Virus record (IMG/VR): IMGVR_UViG_3300025015_000383
Coordinates: 1-29,390 of that record
Source: a virus
Lineage: Duplodnaviria; Caudoviricetes
Reading direction: 5' to 3' (one strand)
DNA: 29,390 nt
In this document: in pieces, positions 9,228 through 18,443 of the stretch
Layout: each line of letters begins with the position of its first letter
How positions within the stretch are numbered: position 1 is the stretch's first letter
The notes under the pieces: model-generated
Told to the model about the DNA's origin: nothing
Databases searched by the model: none
What the model saw: only the letters and a program-made list of their open reading frames with translations
Made by a program: the position numbers and the translations under genes

Positions 9228-9742
9228 GGTATAAATGTTTCTTCCATTCGTGCTGCCGTGCCTTCCTTAATGACTTCGAGTTTTTCCAAGTGTAATGCCA
9301 GATCAATCATACAAACATCTGCCTGGTAAGAAATGACATTATATCCTTTCGACTCTACATAAGAAGCGTAATTCATCCCTGCAATGAGGATCATCTGAAA
9401 ACCAGTCGGTTTGATGAACTCCTGAATTGATTGTTTATTCATTGATGCAATTTCTGCAGCAGATAACCGACCTTCAGTTATTTTTCCAGCAAGTGTCCCC
9501 GGTTCCTTTCCGATAATCAATTCCCCATTATGGAAAATATAATACCCGATTGAGTTCCGAAGGTTAGCCGTTACATCTTCATATTGCCCTGCTACATGAC
9601 TTTGCGCCTGTCCACGTGCATTAATAATAAATTGTTCAGCATCATTAATAAACGCATCAATAATTTGTTGATAAAGTAATCCAGCCTGTTTTTCAATATC
9701 TTTCATTGACTTAGCCTCGTTGAAATTACTCTTTAGAGCCAT
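9224..9742 (-). CDS. Neck/tail completion protein (HK97 gp10-like)
   Basis: Y-x-D-x-T-A-N-L-R-N-S-I-G-Y and AGMNYASYVESKGYNVI motifs; synteny. Confidence 0.75.
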   Translation of the reverse strand: MALKSNFNEAKSMKDIEKQAGLLYQQIIDAFINDAEQFIINARGQAQSHVAGQYEDVTANLRNSIGYYIFHNGELIIGKEPGTLAGKITEGRLSAAEIASMNKQSIQEFIKPTGFQMILIAGMNYASYVESKGYNVISYQADVCMIDLALHLEKLEVIKEGTAARMEETFIP

Positions 9743-10047
9743 AGTCTTGAATTTAATTGACCATTCGAGGCACGTTTTACTTTACCCGTGATCGTACCGT
9801 TTGAAAGTGCAGTAAGAACAAAATCAGATCCTGCCGGTATGACCACTGTTGTAACAGGCATGAAAAGATCAAAAGAATAATCTATCATCACTCCATCTGC
9901 CCCTGCTATTTTCTTCCCCGTGCCGTTCACTTCTGCCCGGCATGAAAAAGTATAATCAGTTGTCTCCCCTGCAGTCCAAACTCCGCTTGCATTCTGTGAA
10001 CCAGATGCAGAAGTAGTTACTACGATACTATCAGGATATTGTTGCAT
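9733..10047 (-). CDS. Head closure (stopper) protein
   Basis: 104 aa beta-rich protein following the adaptor gene; synteny. Confidence 0.6.
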   Translation of the reverse strand: MQQYPDSIVVTTSASGSQNASGVWTAGETTDYTFSCRAEVNGTGKKIAGADGVMIDYSFDLFMPVTTVVIPAGSDFVLTALSNGTITGKVKRASNGQLNSRLWL

Positions 10048-10364
10048 CAGAAACGTTGTACAAAGGTTGCCGTTTTTTTCAAAGAACTTGCTGGTATTGG
10101 ATTCACTGCACTATACTTTGTATAAATACCTGCTGCCAAACTTAAAAGAGTTGTCTTATCAGCCAAACTGACCTGATACCCCCCTTCAACAACATTAGGG
10201 ACAGTTACAAGTGTAGTGATCGCATCAGCATAAGCAAGATCAAAAGACTCACCACCTGAATAAATACCAGCAGAAGCAAGCCCTCTGTCCTGTAACGCAA
10301 GAATAAAAGCATTCTCAGACAAAGGATAATTCATCTTGGCTTTTATCGCTTCAAGGTTTGTCAT
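10047..10364 (-). CDS. Head-tail adaptor protein
   Basis: 105 aa directly after the capsid gene; MTNLEAIKA...L-x-D-R-G-L...PNVVEGGYQVS pattern. Confidence 0.65.
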   Translation of the reverse strand: MTNLEAIKAKMNYPLSENAFILALQDRGLASAGIYSGGESFDLAYADAITTLVTVPNVVEGGYQVSLADKTTLLSLAAGIYTKYSAVNPIPASSLKKTATFVQRF

Positions 10365-10377
10365 GTCGTTTTATTAA

Positions 10378-10404
10378 AATAGGAGTAGGAATCCTACTCC
10401 TATT
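10378..10404 (-). terminator. Intrinsic terminator after the major capsid gene
   Basis: Perfect 12-bp stem AATAGGAGTAGG-ATT-CCTACTCCTATT running into a short T tract. Confidence 0.7.
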
Positions 10405-10413
10405 AATATATAA

Positions 10414-11502
10414 TTAACTCCATGAAGTCGCATCAACCTTCAGGATAAATATCCCGTCCACATCGGTAAACCGGGGAAAGGCATTGGCCTGCCCTTTAGT
10501 AAATTCACCGAAAGGCTCCAACTCTGACCACTTCGATAAAAGTATATGATCTCGCTTGACCTGGATGGATTTTTTACTTACTGATTCACTGGTTTCCTCA
10601 GCTATAGGTCCGTGAAGGACGTTACCGATTTTTAGATCAGGAATAAAGGTTACATAACCATTTTTCCATGCAGCTACGTTGGTAAGTGCATGTGCATTGC
10701 TTTCAAATCTCACATTCGAGTCAACTATAACAATCTTCGGAAGAAGCCTTGATTCAAATAGATTACTCAAATCCGTAAATGTCGGAGTGGCTTTCGTGGT
10801 TGTATTACGGAGTACTGCCCATTCATTCTGTACCTGTGTTGATGCTACAAGCTCATTAAATGCTGTTCTATCGCAACACATATACTCCAAAGGATACCCG
10901 GAAGCCCTTGCATTATCTGTAAGAGTCCTGATATCAGTCATTGGAACACTACCAGATGCTTGTGACCATTGAAGAGTAACGCCTGTTTTATTCCCAGTAG
11001 GAATACCGAAATCACAAACATCTTCAGTTATGATCCCATTATTGTTTGAGGAGGTAAGAGATATCTGACCATAACTAAGTGCCTGCATAGCAAGGTACTC
11101 AGTACGTGCCATAACACCTGTATAACAGAAATCAATGTCATTAAACACGAGGTCAAGAAGTGCGCTCCTATTAATATCGCCCAAAGATAATGCTTTCAGA
11201 ATGTTATAATCATTCATATCCTTTTCATCCATCTGCCTTTTAATGGCTATCTTTGGGATGTCTCCGGTTATCTTGGTGATAATTCTACGAGATTTGAGAG
11301 GCGCAGAAGAGTTATACTCGATAACATCTGCCATTACAGGATTACCACCCGACCCAGAAAGGGATTCCCATGTTAATTGAGTGGTATATTTTAAAGGGAA
11401 AAACTGTTGCCAGAAAAGTTTATTAAGGAACAGTTCACGCCGACGGTTAACGTAAGCTTCGACATTCACTTTCGTTAACTCTTTTAAAATTGATCTTTCC
11501 AT
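10414..11502 (-). CDS. Major capsid protein (phage capsid E-like, HK97 fold)
   Basis: 362 aa; FFP, ADVIEYNSSAPLKSR, GDIPKIAIKR, ARTEYLAMQALSYG, DFGIP motifs; follows scaffold and decoration genes. Confidence 0.88.
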   Translation of the reverse strand: MERSILKELTKVNVEAYVNRRRELFLNKLFWQQFFPLKYTTQLTWESLSGSGGNPVMADVIEYNSSAPLKSRRIITKITGDIPKIAIKRQMDEKDMNDYNILKALSLGDINRSALLDLVFNDIDFCYTGVMARTEYLAMQALSYGQISLTSSNNNGIITEDVCDFGIPTGNKTGVTLQWSQASGSVPMTDIRTLTDNARASGYPLEYMCCDRTAFNELVASTQVQNEWAVLRNTTTKATPTFTDLSNLFESRLLPKIVIVDSNVRFESNAHALTNVAAWKNGYVTFIPDLKIGNVLHGPIAEETSESVSKKSIQVKRDHILLSKWSELEPFGEFTKGQANAFPRFTDVDGIFILKVDATSWS

Positions 11503-11521
11503 TTTTTCTATTTTTTAAAAG

Positions 11522-12106
11522 TTAAACGAAACGAACTAAAGGAAGTAGTGCCTTAATGGTTGCATCAACAAAATAAGGCAATTGTGAAGTACGAACACGA
11601 CCACGGACCAAAAGTCCACAACCGTTATTATCGTTAGTCAGATCGACAGGGTTAGTTGCAATAGCAACAGGAGAGTATCGAAATCCACCGCCATTAAATC
11701 CTGAAGTAGCATTTTCAATTACCAACCCACTTGCAGCAATAGCAATACTCAAATTACTACTGAGGTTAAGCACATCTTTCCCTGTGCCAGAAGCTACAAC
11801 TGATGTGATCCTGACGCCTGATGCAGTGCCTAAACTATAACCAAGAAGATCGCCTGCTTTAAATTCATGGTTGTTATAAACTACGACATGATTAAAACCT
11901 GATGCTACCAAAGCATTGGCTAACATAGCTGTTTTCGTGAGATGATAAATCCCATCAGAGTCCACTCCAAGGAGTGCACCCTCTTTCATCCCAGTTGCTG
12001 AAGTCGGAAAATCATCTTTCTCGACCACACCGCCTCCGGGAATATCCTCAAGGATCAGCTCGACGGCTAAATTCCTTTCGGTATCTGTTGAAGAAAATGT
12101 TTGCAT
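11522..12106 (-). CDS. Head decoration/cement protein
   Basis: 194 aa between scaffold and capsid; DIPGGG N-terminal motif and LP...IKALLPLVRFV C-terminus. Confidence 0.65.
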   Translation of the reverse strand: MQTFSSTDTERNLAVELILEDIPGGGVVEKDDFPTSATGMKEGALLGVDSDGIYHLTKTAMLANALVASGFNHVVVYNNHEFKAGDLLGYSLGTASGVRITSVVASGTGKDVLNLSSNLSIAIAASGLVIENATSGFNGGGFRYSPVAIATNPVDLTNDNNGCGLLVRGRVRTSQLPYFVDATIKALLPLVRFV

Positions 12107-12111
12107 AATTA

Positions 12112-12813
12112 TTATTTTTTAATTAATACTTTGCCTTGCGGCTCTTTCGGGAACTTCTCATTAAGGTAAGCATCGATTGTAGATTTCTCACTTTGCTGCC
12201 CGCCTCCCGTTGGCGGTACTGAAATAACGACCCCCTTCTCTGCCATTTCCTGTTTGAATCCGTTGTAATCGGTTTCAATAGATGCGACCAGTTGATCAAT
12301 CTCGGCCTCTGATTTTGGAATCAGATTCCGACCCTTTAAATACGATGCAGGTATATCCTTTAATTTTTCATGCTTACTCACTTTTTCAGCTAATGAGGCT
12401 AAAGTCTTTTCCTGTTTTTGCTTTTCAATCTCCGCTTTAAGAGTCTCAGTTGATTCCTGTTGTTCTTTTTTAAAAGCAGTGAACCAAACAGGCTCATTCG
12501 GATCAGGATCAGCGTCTTTGTCTTTCGGAGGTCTGCCGACTTTCTTTATCGGCGTACCGTCTTCATTAAGTCCGTGTTTTTCCTGGAAATTCTTTAAAGC
12601 TGTCTTTTGTGCTTCTGTTGCTCTGCGGTCGCCTTCGATCTGAAGTTGTGTTGCAGAGAATTTGAGTGTCTCGATGATCCCGTCTGTGAATACGGTCTCA
12701 ATATCTTTTTCTTCTTTTACGGTTTTGCTGAACGTATCTGCAACCCCTGATAAAAATGATTCACTGACCCCGGTTAATTTCGATTTCAGGAATGCTAAAA
12801 TTTTCTCTTTCAT
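12112..12813 (-). CDS. Capsid scaffolding protein
   Basis: 233 aa, charged and helical with a P/D-rich linker; MKEKILAFLK, EGDRRATEA and EPVWF motifs; upstream of head genes. Confidence 0.7.
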   Translation of the reverse strand: MKEKILAFLKSKLTGVSESFLSGVADTFSKTVKEEKDIETVFTDGIIETLKFSATQLQIEGDRRATEAQKTALKNFQEKHGLNEDGTPIKKVGRPPKDKDADPDPNEPVWFTAFKKEQQESTETLKAEIEKQKQEKTLASLAEKVSKHEKLKDIPASYLKGRNLIPKSEAEIDQLVASIETDYNGFKQEMAEKGVVISVPPTGGGQQSEKSTIDAYLNEKFPKEPQGKVLIKK

Positions 12814-12832
12814 AAAATGAATATATTTTGTT

Positions 12833-12840
12833 CAAAATTA
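12833..12840 (-). promoter_or_regulatory. Bacteroidota -7 promoter box (TAATTTTG) for the scaffold-capsid operon
   Basis: TAnnTTTG match 19 nt upstream of the scaffold ATG in a divergent intergenic region. Confidence 0.55.
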
Positions 12841-12902
12841 CGTTAAAGTATATTGTTAGTTCAATAAGATTATTTAACTTCGTCCGCATATAGACAAGCA
12901 AT

Positions 12903-13154
12903 ATGGTAATAACAGTTGAAGAGTATGCCAAAATGTTCCCCTCGAAAGGGAAAGAAGTCTCCCCAAAAACTATTATAAGACGTTGTATAAATGGTTTTTT
13001 GCCCTCACATCACCACGCAAGGAAACTACCAGGCGATCAGGGCCAATGGGTGATTGAAATAGCGGATGAAATTCCCAAAATAGTCGTAACAAAGACAGAT
13101 CCACCAAAACCGGATATAAGAAGTATGAATCGGAAATATTTTAATTTTCAGTAA
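12903..13154 (+). CDS. Small DNA-binding protein (excisionase/MerR-like winged HTH)
   Basis: ITVEEYAKMF...VSPKTIIRRCINGFLP...ARKL...QWVI pattern. It is the only convincing plus-strand gene, occupies otherwise free space and ends at a shared terminator. Confidence 0.65.
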   Translation: MVITVEEYAKMFPSKGKEVSPKTIIRRCINGFLPSHHHARKLPGDQGQWVIEIADEIPKIVVTKTDPPKPDIRSMNRKYFNFQ

Positions 13155-13155
13155 T

Positions 13156-13188
13156 AAAAAAAGCCCCTCCGATATGGAGAGGCTCTTT
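13156..13188. terminator. Intrinsic terminator between convergent genes, probably bidirectional
   Basis: Minus strand AGCCTCTCC-ATATC-GGAGGGGCT-TTTTTT; the plus strand has a weaker CTCTTT tail. Confidence 0.8.
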
Positions 13189-13204
13189 CCGAAAAACCTG
13201 GGGG

Positions 13205-13633
13205 CTAATTATGAATTTCTAATTCTTTTAGTTTCTCAGGCGCAATCATTCCCTGCACTTTTGCGGTATCTAATAATCTATTAAATGAAGCAGTTTTTGC
13301 ATCTCCATTTTGCTTTTTATAAAGTAATTCCTTCAAAACATATTCTGCATCATTTACCATTGGTATCTTCCAACCAGTTACAATAAAAGTTCTGTTTTTG
13401 CTTTTTGTTAATTTTCGGGATGGAATTATAGAATGACCGAGACGGGTAGCAATTTCAGATACTTGAAACATTTGCGTTTTCATCATCTTAATATAATCAT
13501 ACCTGAATTTCTTTACAGAATATCCCTGTCCGAAAATTGCATGACCTAAATCATCATAGGTCATAAAGGCGTTTTCTCCTTTTGTATTTGAAAGGAGTAA
13601 AGCATAAATTTGTGATGCTAAACTTAGTTTCAT
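13205..13633 (-). CDS. Hypothetical protein, partner of the ParB-like gene
   Basis: 142 aa, basic, starts 5 nt after the ParB-like stop; no family recognised. Confidence 0.6.
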   Translation of the reverse strand: MKLSLASQIYALLLSNTKGENAFMTYDDLGHAIFGQGYSVKKFRYDYIKMMKTQMFQVSEIATRLGHSIIPSRKLTKSKNRTFIVTGWKIPMVNDAEYVLKELLYKKQNGDAKTASFNRLLDTAKVQGMIAPEKLKELEIHN

Positions 13634-13638
13634 AATTA

Positions 13639-14544
13639 TTATTTTTTATTGGTTTGTATAAATGTATCTATCATTGTAACTGTTTTGTTGAGATTATTAA
13701 CAAGTTTCATGTGCCAGTTAATCTGTTCCCAAAATTTTGGGACGCCACCAACTTCACGATAAAGTGTAGTTAATCTTAAAAGCTTATCCTGTAAGTCAGA
13801 ATTAAGAGAATCAACAGATTTTATTTCATTCTCAATAGTTCTGGAAGTATCAATAGATTCTTTCTTCTTCTTTGGAACTATCACTTCTTCAATAACAGCA
13901 TTAGTCATTGCCCTTTGTCCACCCTCAGATTCTTTATATTTTGCAACGACTGCTTTTTGCTTTCCTTTTGGAATATCAAACTCCTTAACAGAAGTAATAA
14001 AGTTTCTGGCAGCCCTTTCGGTAGGTAAACTATCTATTGCTTCCCGATCAATTTTATCATCCTGAATCATCTTCAGACGTTCAAGAGAATAGGAAACCCG
14101 GCTTTCATTCCAGTTAAGAAACTGTGAAATCATATCCTTACCTATAATAGTTAGGCGTCCATGGGAGCTTAACTTCTTCACTTCTTCCGGGTGCTGCTCA
14201 AGAAATTGCTTTGTGACCCTGACCGTCTCATCAATGACTCTCGGCAATGCTGTCCATGCTTCCATGTTCTCATTTGCCATAATCTTTATCATTGTTGCAT
14301 CATCCAATTCCTTCACCGGAATATCAACAAAGTCTATGGACTTAAACACTTCTCTTATTGCTGCCAGTCTGTGATGACCATAAGCAATTTGATATTTGTT
14401 TCCATGTTTCCGGGAAAGTATATTATCCCAAAATCCTGTTTGCCGGATAGATTCAATAAGGCTTTTCACCTTTGCCTCATCCATAGGATAATTATTCATA
14501 TCCCTGTATGGATTAGGTTCTAAATTCTTAATTTGTACTTTCAT
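13639..14544 (-). CDS. ParB/Srx N-terminal domain protein
   Basis: LEPNPYR...LIESIRQTGFWDNILSR...YQIAYGHHRLAA...MANEN, followed by a possible HTH (ISQFLNWNESRVSYSL). Confidence 0.85.
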   Translation of the reverse strand: MKVQIKNLEPNPYRDMNNYPMDEAKVKSLIESIRQTGFWDNILSRKHGNKYQIAYGHHRLAAIREVFKSIDFVDIPVKELDDATMIKIMANENMEAWTALPRVIDETVRVTKQFLEQHPEEVKKLSSHGRLTIIGKDMISQFLNWNESRVSYSLERLKMIQDDKIDREAIDSLPTERAARNFITSVKEFDIPKGKQKAVVAKYKESEGGQRAMTNAVIEEVIVPKKKKESIDTSRTIENEIKSVDSLNSDLQDKLLRLTTLYREVGGVPKFWEQINWHMKLVNNLNKTVTMIDTFIQTNKK

Positions 14545-14682
14545 ATATAAAAAAATTAAGCCCCACTAAAAAGAAAAAGCCAGAGGTAAGTACAACCGAA
14601 CCTTCTGGACAATTCCCCGTTAATGGGGCAATTTTAAAATTAAATAATTTCTTCATGTTGTACTTTTAGAATACCAAAGATA
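14528..14682 (-). promoter_or_regulatory. Structured leader A: promoter + 42-aa uORF + interleaved stems, upstream of the ParB-like gene
   Basis: TATCTTTG 14682-14675; arm AAGTACAAC 14665-14657 complementary to GTTGTACTT 14596-14588; stems GCCCCATTAA/TTAGTGGGGC and CCAGAAGG/CCTCTGG; uORF 14656-14528. Confidence 0.65.
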
Positions 14683-14685
14683 AAC

Positions 14686-15729
14686 CTATTTTTTGATTTT
14701 CATAATGTTTTCGATAATATTTTGATTGTCCTCAATCCAGAACGGAGTACTTTGGTATTTTGAATACCTGTCAAAATTTTCTTTTACATACTTTTGAAAC
14801 TTATCTGAATAGGTTGTAATCTGTTTAGCCTTTAGCGGTTCATTACCTTTTAGGTATGCGTTAAAATCATCAGGAGGCATTAAAACAGCGACCGCATGAC
14901 AAAGGCAAATCGGATGCCAGCCTACCCAAACAAATGTTTTTGGATAAGTACCTTCACATTCATCACAAATATCAAATATTTTATGCTGTGCTGAAAGTGA
15001 TATTTTTTTACCAATAACCATCGGAAGTTTCAACCAACGAATATGGTCTGCCAGAAGATACGCCTGATTCGTGTTTGTACGTGCCACACGCATAGCATTT
15101 TTATAAGCCGAGTTATACACTCCCTGGCCTGGTTTATTCTCCAACATTGCCTTACTTGCAATAAGACGGCCATTATTATCACGTACACGACGAAACAAAG
15201 CATCTGGATTTTTAAGGTAAGTTCTAATCCTGCGTGAAATAGTACTGGCACTGTCCCCATTCGCTAATCCGATACCTAAATGAATTTTAAGTTCGCCCCT
15301 TAATTGTTTTGCTACCTGCCAAACTGAATCTGAAAGTGTTTTAGTTCCATGCTTGCCGGAAATAAACGCTTTGAGTGCCGGAATGTTAGGCAAAAAGTAT
15401 TTTGCAGATTGTACTGCTTTAATTTTGCCAATAGTTGAAAGGTAATCTTTTACTATCTGATCATTTTTAGAGTTACTTAGTCCCCAGCTCTTTTCAATAT
15501 CCAGTTCAGTTAAATCCAAAACGTCCTTATGAAACGACTCAATTATGATGTCAATCTTTTTATTGATAGCACCGTTATATCGGAAACTTTTTGAAAATTT
15601 TATAGAAGGATCATTTGAAAGTAAGGCAAATTGTTCAGCAACCCGGTTAAATATTTCCCGGAATTTTTTATCATACTGCAATTGCCGTTTTAAAAACTTA
15701 TTGCGATATTCGAGTGAATGATCAGGCAT
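14686..15729 (-). CDS. Minor head/head morphogenesis protein (SPP1 gp7/Mu gpF-like)
   Basis: LSDSVW, NPDALFRRVRD, GQGVYNSAYKNAMRVARTNTNQAY, CDECEGTYPK...GWHPICLC motifs. Confidence 0.88.
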   Translation of the reverse strand: MPDHSLEYRNKFLKRQLQYDKKFREIFNRVAEQFALLSNDPSIKFSKSFRYNGAINKKIDIIIESFHKDVLDLTELDIEKSWGLSNSKNDQIVKDYLSTIGKIKAVQSAKYFLPNIPALKAFISGKHGTKTLSDSVWQVAKQLRGELKIHLGIGLANGDSASTISRRIRTYLKNPDALFRRVRDNNGRLIASKAMLENKPGQGVYNSAYKNAMRVARTNTNQAYLLADHIRWLKLPMVIGKKISLSAQHKIFDICDECEGTYPKTFVWVGWHPICLCHAVAVLMPPDDFNAYLKGNEPLKAKQITTYSDKFQKYVKENFDRYSKYQSTPFWIEDNQNIIENIMKIKK

Positions 15730-16549
15730 AACCTTCTGATTTAAGTACCAAAGTTACACCATTTTTTAATTGTCCCATCTGATCGCACCATTTAATTGAC
15801 CGTTCAAAATTATCATTTAAGGCCGGTAACATATCATCATAAATTCCAGGCTTTAAATAATTACAAACAGCAACTATCTCTTCCACGTCATTAACATCAA
15901 TAATCCCGTCCATATTAAAGAAGTCGCTAATATTCCTGCACCCATAATAAATCGGTACTGTCCGGGTCTGAAAGCAATCAATAAGTTTTTCGGTAAAGAA
16001 ATTAGCTATTGAAGTATTCTCAATCGCAATATGAAACATGGAATCAAATAGCGGATTTTTTGAGTCACCCAAAATTAACTGCCCTGTATAGTCTGCCTCA
16101 TTCCACGGAACGAATGTATGAAAATGTTTTGCATTGCCGCTTAGATAGAATTTTTTCGGAATGGTTATCATATCCTTTTTTCTCCATAATTCATGCCTTA
16201 ATTCGTGACCTTCTAAAGTCTGAATATTCTTACCCCCGACGACAGTTGAAACGCTAAACTCTTTTCTTGGTTCATAACCTTTGACCCACGTATTCGGAAA
16301 GTGAAATAACCTTGCTTTTGGATTCGTCTGCAGAACTTCTTCCTGGTATGTCAGTACGTAATTATAATAACCTTTATACTTTTGTACAAGTGGAACCATA
16401 GGCGACCGCCACGGCTCTTGTAAGATGATAATACGAAGCGAATCCGGCGGGATATCTTCTAAAGTAAATTGATCTATATAGACATTGACTTCTTTGTTGC
16501 AGTCAATATCTAAATTGATCGGATAGGCGTAATGAAATTTAACCTTCAT
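15722..16549 (-). CDS. GT10-like glycosyltransferase (alpha-1,3/4-fucosyltransferase family)
   Basis: Family motif FHIAIEN...FFTEKLIDCF...VPIYYG. Confidence 0.85.
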   Translation of the reverse strand: MKVKFHYAYPINLDIDCNKEVNVYIDQFTLEDIPPDSLRIIILQEPWRSPMVPLVQKYKGYYNYVLTYQEEVLQTNPKARLFHFPNTWVKGYEPRKEFSVSTVVGGKNIQTLEGHELRHELWRKKDMITIPKKFYLSGNAKHFHTFVPWNEADYTGQLILGDSKNPLFDSMFHIAIENTSIANFFTEKLIDCFQTRTVPIYYGCRNISDFFNMDGIIDVNDVEEIVAVCNYLKPGIYDDMLPALNDNFERSIKWCDQMGQLKNGVTLVLKSEGYA

Positions 16550-17307
16550 GATATAAAGTTCCAGTCATTTAAAAAAACATCTGTTATCTCATTTGCAATA
16601 GTCCCGGAAAACCAAACAGCCGGAGCGCAAACAATTTTATTTGTATTTTCATTCAGGTATGCACCCCAACGGGAATAAGTCGAATTTGCTATTATATTGT
16701 GTGTGCATTTAGTCTGCAGGTAGAAATCAATGTAATCAGGGACACCTTCGCTAAATATTACCCTTTGATCTTTAAATGTCTCTTTACACCACGGAATGTC
16801 ATCAGAGATAATATAAATATGGTCTATCTGAGTCTTTGAATCCATAAAAGATAAAGCCTTTTTATAGTAATTTTCACCACAAATATGACTCGCATTTATA
16901 AGATAGTCACCCCTTCTGACGTGAAGCGAAACACTATTTATAAAATCAAACTTTATACTTTCAAGCATCTCGTGATCTTTGAATAGTTCAATAATTTCCT
17001 TCCGGTATTTGTCGAAATATTTCTCACTTGAAAAGTACCCACCGATCATTAGATTCTTTTGGTAAGGAATAGGGTCATAATTATACCTTCGTTCCTGATA
17101 ATATGCTTCTTGCTTCCAACCTGGCGGTAAATCTTTGAGCTTTCTGAAAACGTTATTCCGGTATGTTGATGGATGAACTCCCTGACTCAATGAACCCATA
17201 TTAAGATTAAAGGCACACTCATCATTATTTTCGAGTGCAAGGGCGTAAGCGGCTGCTATTTGAAACATCCGTCCCCCTAAACCACCACATAACATTGCTG
17301 AAATCAT
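16546..17307 (-). CDS. GT11 glycosyltransferase (alpha-1,2-fucosyl/colitosyltransferase family)
   Basis: GGLGGRMFQ, GYFSSEKYF, SLHVRRGDY, ISDDIPWCK, IIANSTYSRWGAYL motifs. Confidence 0.9.
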   Translation of the reverse strand: MISAMLCGGLGGRMFQIAAAYALALENNDECAFNLNMGSLSQGVHPSTYRNNVFRKLKDLPPGWKQEAYYQERRYNYDPIPYQKNLMIGGYFSSEKYFDKYRKEIIELFKDHEMLESIKFDFINSVSLHVRRGDYLINASHICGENYYKKALSFMDSKTQIDHIYIISDDIPWCKETFKDQRVIFSEGVPDYIDFYLQTKCTHNIIANSTYSRWGAYLNENTNKIVCAPAVWFSGTIANEITDVFLNDWNFIS

Positions 17308-18443
17308 CTGTTTAAAATTTCTATTATAAAGTCCATATCCTTTTCGCTTAAATCCTGATGATTAGGCAGATAAAATCCAAAGTTATGAATTAAATCAGCA
17401 TTTGGATATTTATAATTTCCATGTTTTTTCATCCAGAATGGTTGTTTTCCGATTGACCCCGCTATCAGTGGCCTGGTTACAACTCCATTTTCCTGCAGTT
17501 CCCTGACTATCCGGTCTTTTTTAATACTCACAACAGGATAGGCAAAATTTGAAACATAACCCCTTTCTTTAAGAATCAGAATATTATCTTTGATATGTTT
17601 CAGGTAGTACCGAAAATTATAGTTTCTTTTTTTGGAAAACCGAGCGAGTTTATCCAATTGTCTGAGTCCGATAAATGCCTGCAGATCAGTTGACCTTAAA
17701 TTAAGTCCCGGATAATAGAAAGTATAAAGAGAATTGAAATCTTCAACGTTCCACTTCTTTTTATGCCGCTGCGTTGTCTGGGCATCCCAATCACGATCCC
17801 ATCCGTGGTTACGCATCGAAACAAGAAAGTTATATAATTCGGTGTCGCTTGTATTTATAAAACCTCCCTCAATTGTACTCAAATGATGCCCATAATACAT
17901 GGAAAATACAGACGAATCGCCATACCGTCCCAGCATCTCAGCGCCAATACGTGAACCCATGCTCTCGCAGTTATCTTCAATTAATATAACATTAAATTCC
18001 TTGCATAGATTAACGATACTATCCATATCCGGGATTAATCCAAGGGGCGCAACGGAAATAAATATATCAGGCTTAAACTCGGCAAATATTTCTCTTAACT
18101 CTTTCAGGTCACATGACAGGTCCCTGAGATTGCAATCACAAAGCCGAACATCATAACCTAATAACATCGGAGAACTGACATCCGTGACCCAGCTCAATGC
18201 CGGAACCACTATCTTAGGATTATAACCAAGTATTTCCTTATATGCTGCCAAAAGCAAGAGAATACCTGACGATCCCGAATTGACAAAAACAGAATATTCA
18301 GTTCCGACCTTCTTTGCCCACTTAGATTCAAGTTCTTTTGTAAGGGGCCCTTTTGTTAGCTGTGGAATAGGGTCTTTTTGCAGCCATTCGATCAGTGCGT
18401 TGATATCTTCCCGGTCTATTGTATCACTTACAAGGTTTATCAT
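17304..18443 (-). CDS. colD: PLP-dependent DegT-family enzyme, ColD-like GDP-4-keto-6-deoxymannose 3-dehydratase
   Basis: VNSGSS, VPALSW, EDNCESMG, SMYYGHHLSTIEGG (His where aminotransferases have Lys), RNHGWDR, YPGLNLR; no Fe-S cysteine cluster. Confidence 0.7.
   Translation of the reverse strand: MINLVSDTIDREDINALIEWLQKDPIPQLTKGPLTKELESKWAKKVGTEYSVFVNSGSSGILLLLAAYKEILGYNPKIVVPALSWVTDVSSPMLLGYDVRLCDCNLRDLSCDLKELREIFAEFKPDIFISVAPLGLIPDMDSIVNLCKEFNVILIEDNCESMGSRIGAEMLGRYGDSSVFSMYYGHHLSTIEGGFINTSDTELYNFLVSMRNHGWDRDWDAQTTQRHKKKWNVEDFNSLYTFYYPGLNLRSTDLQAFIGLRQLDKLARFSKKRNYNFRYYLKHIKDNILILKERGYVSNFAYPVVSIKKDRIVRELQENGVVTRPLIAGSIGKQPFWMKKHGNYKYPNADLIHNFGFYLPNHQDLSEKDMDFIIEILNR

Noticed and set aside
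12520-12550. AT-hook-like KKVGRPPK in the scaffold protein
   Set aside because: Lacks the RGRP core and lies in a low-complexity linker; too weak to call
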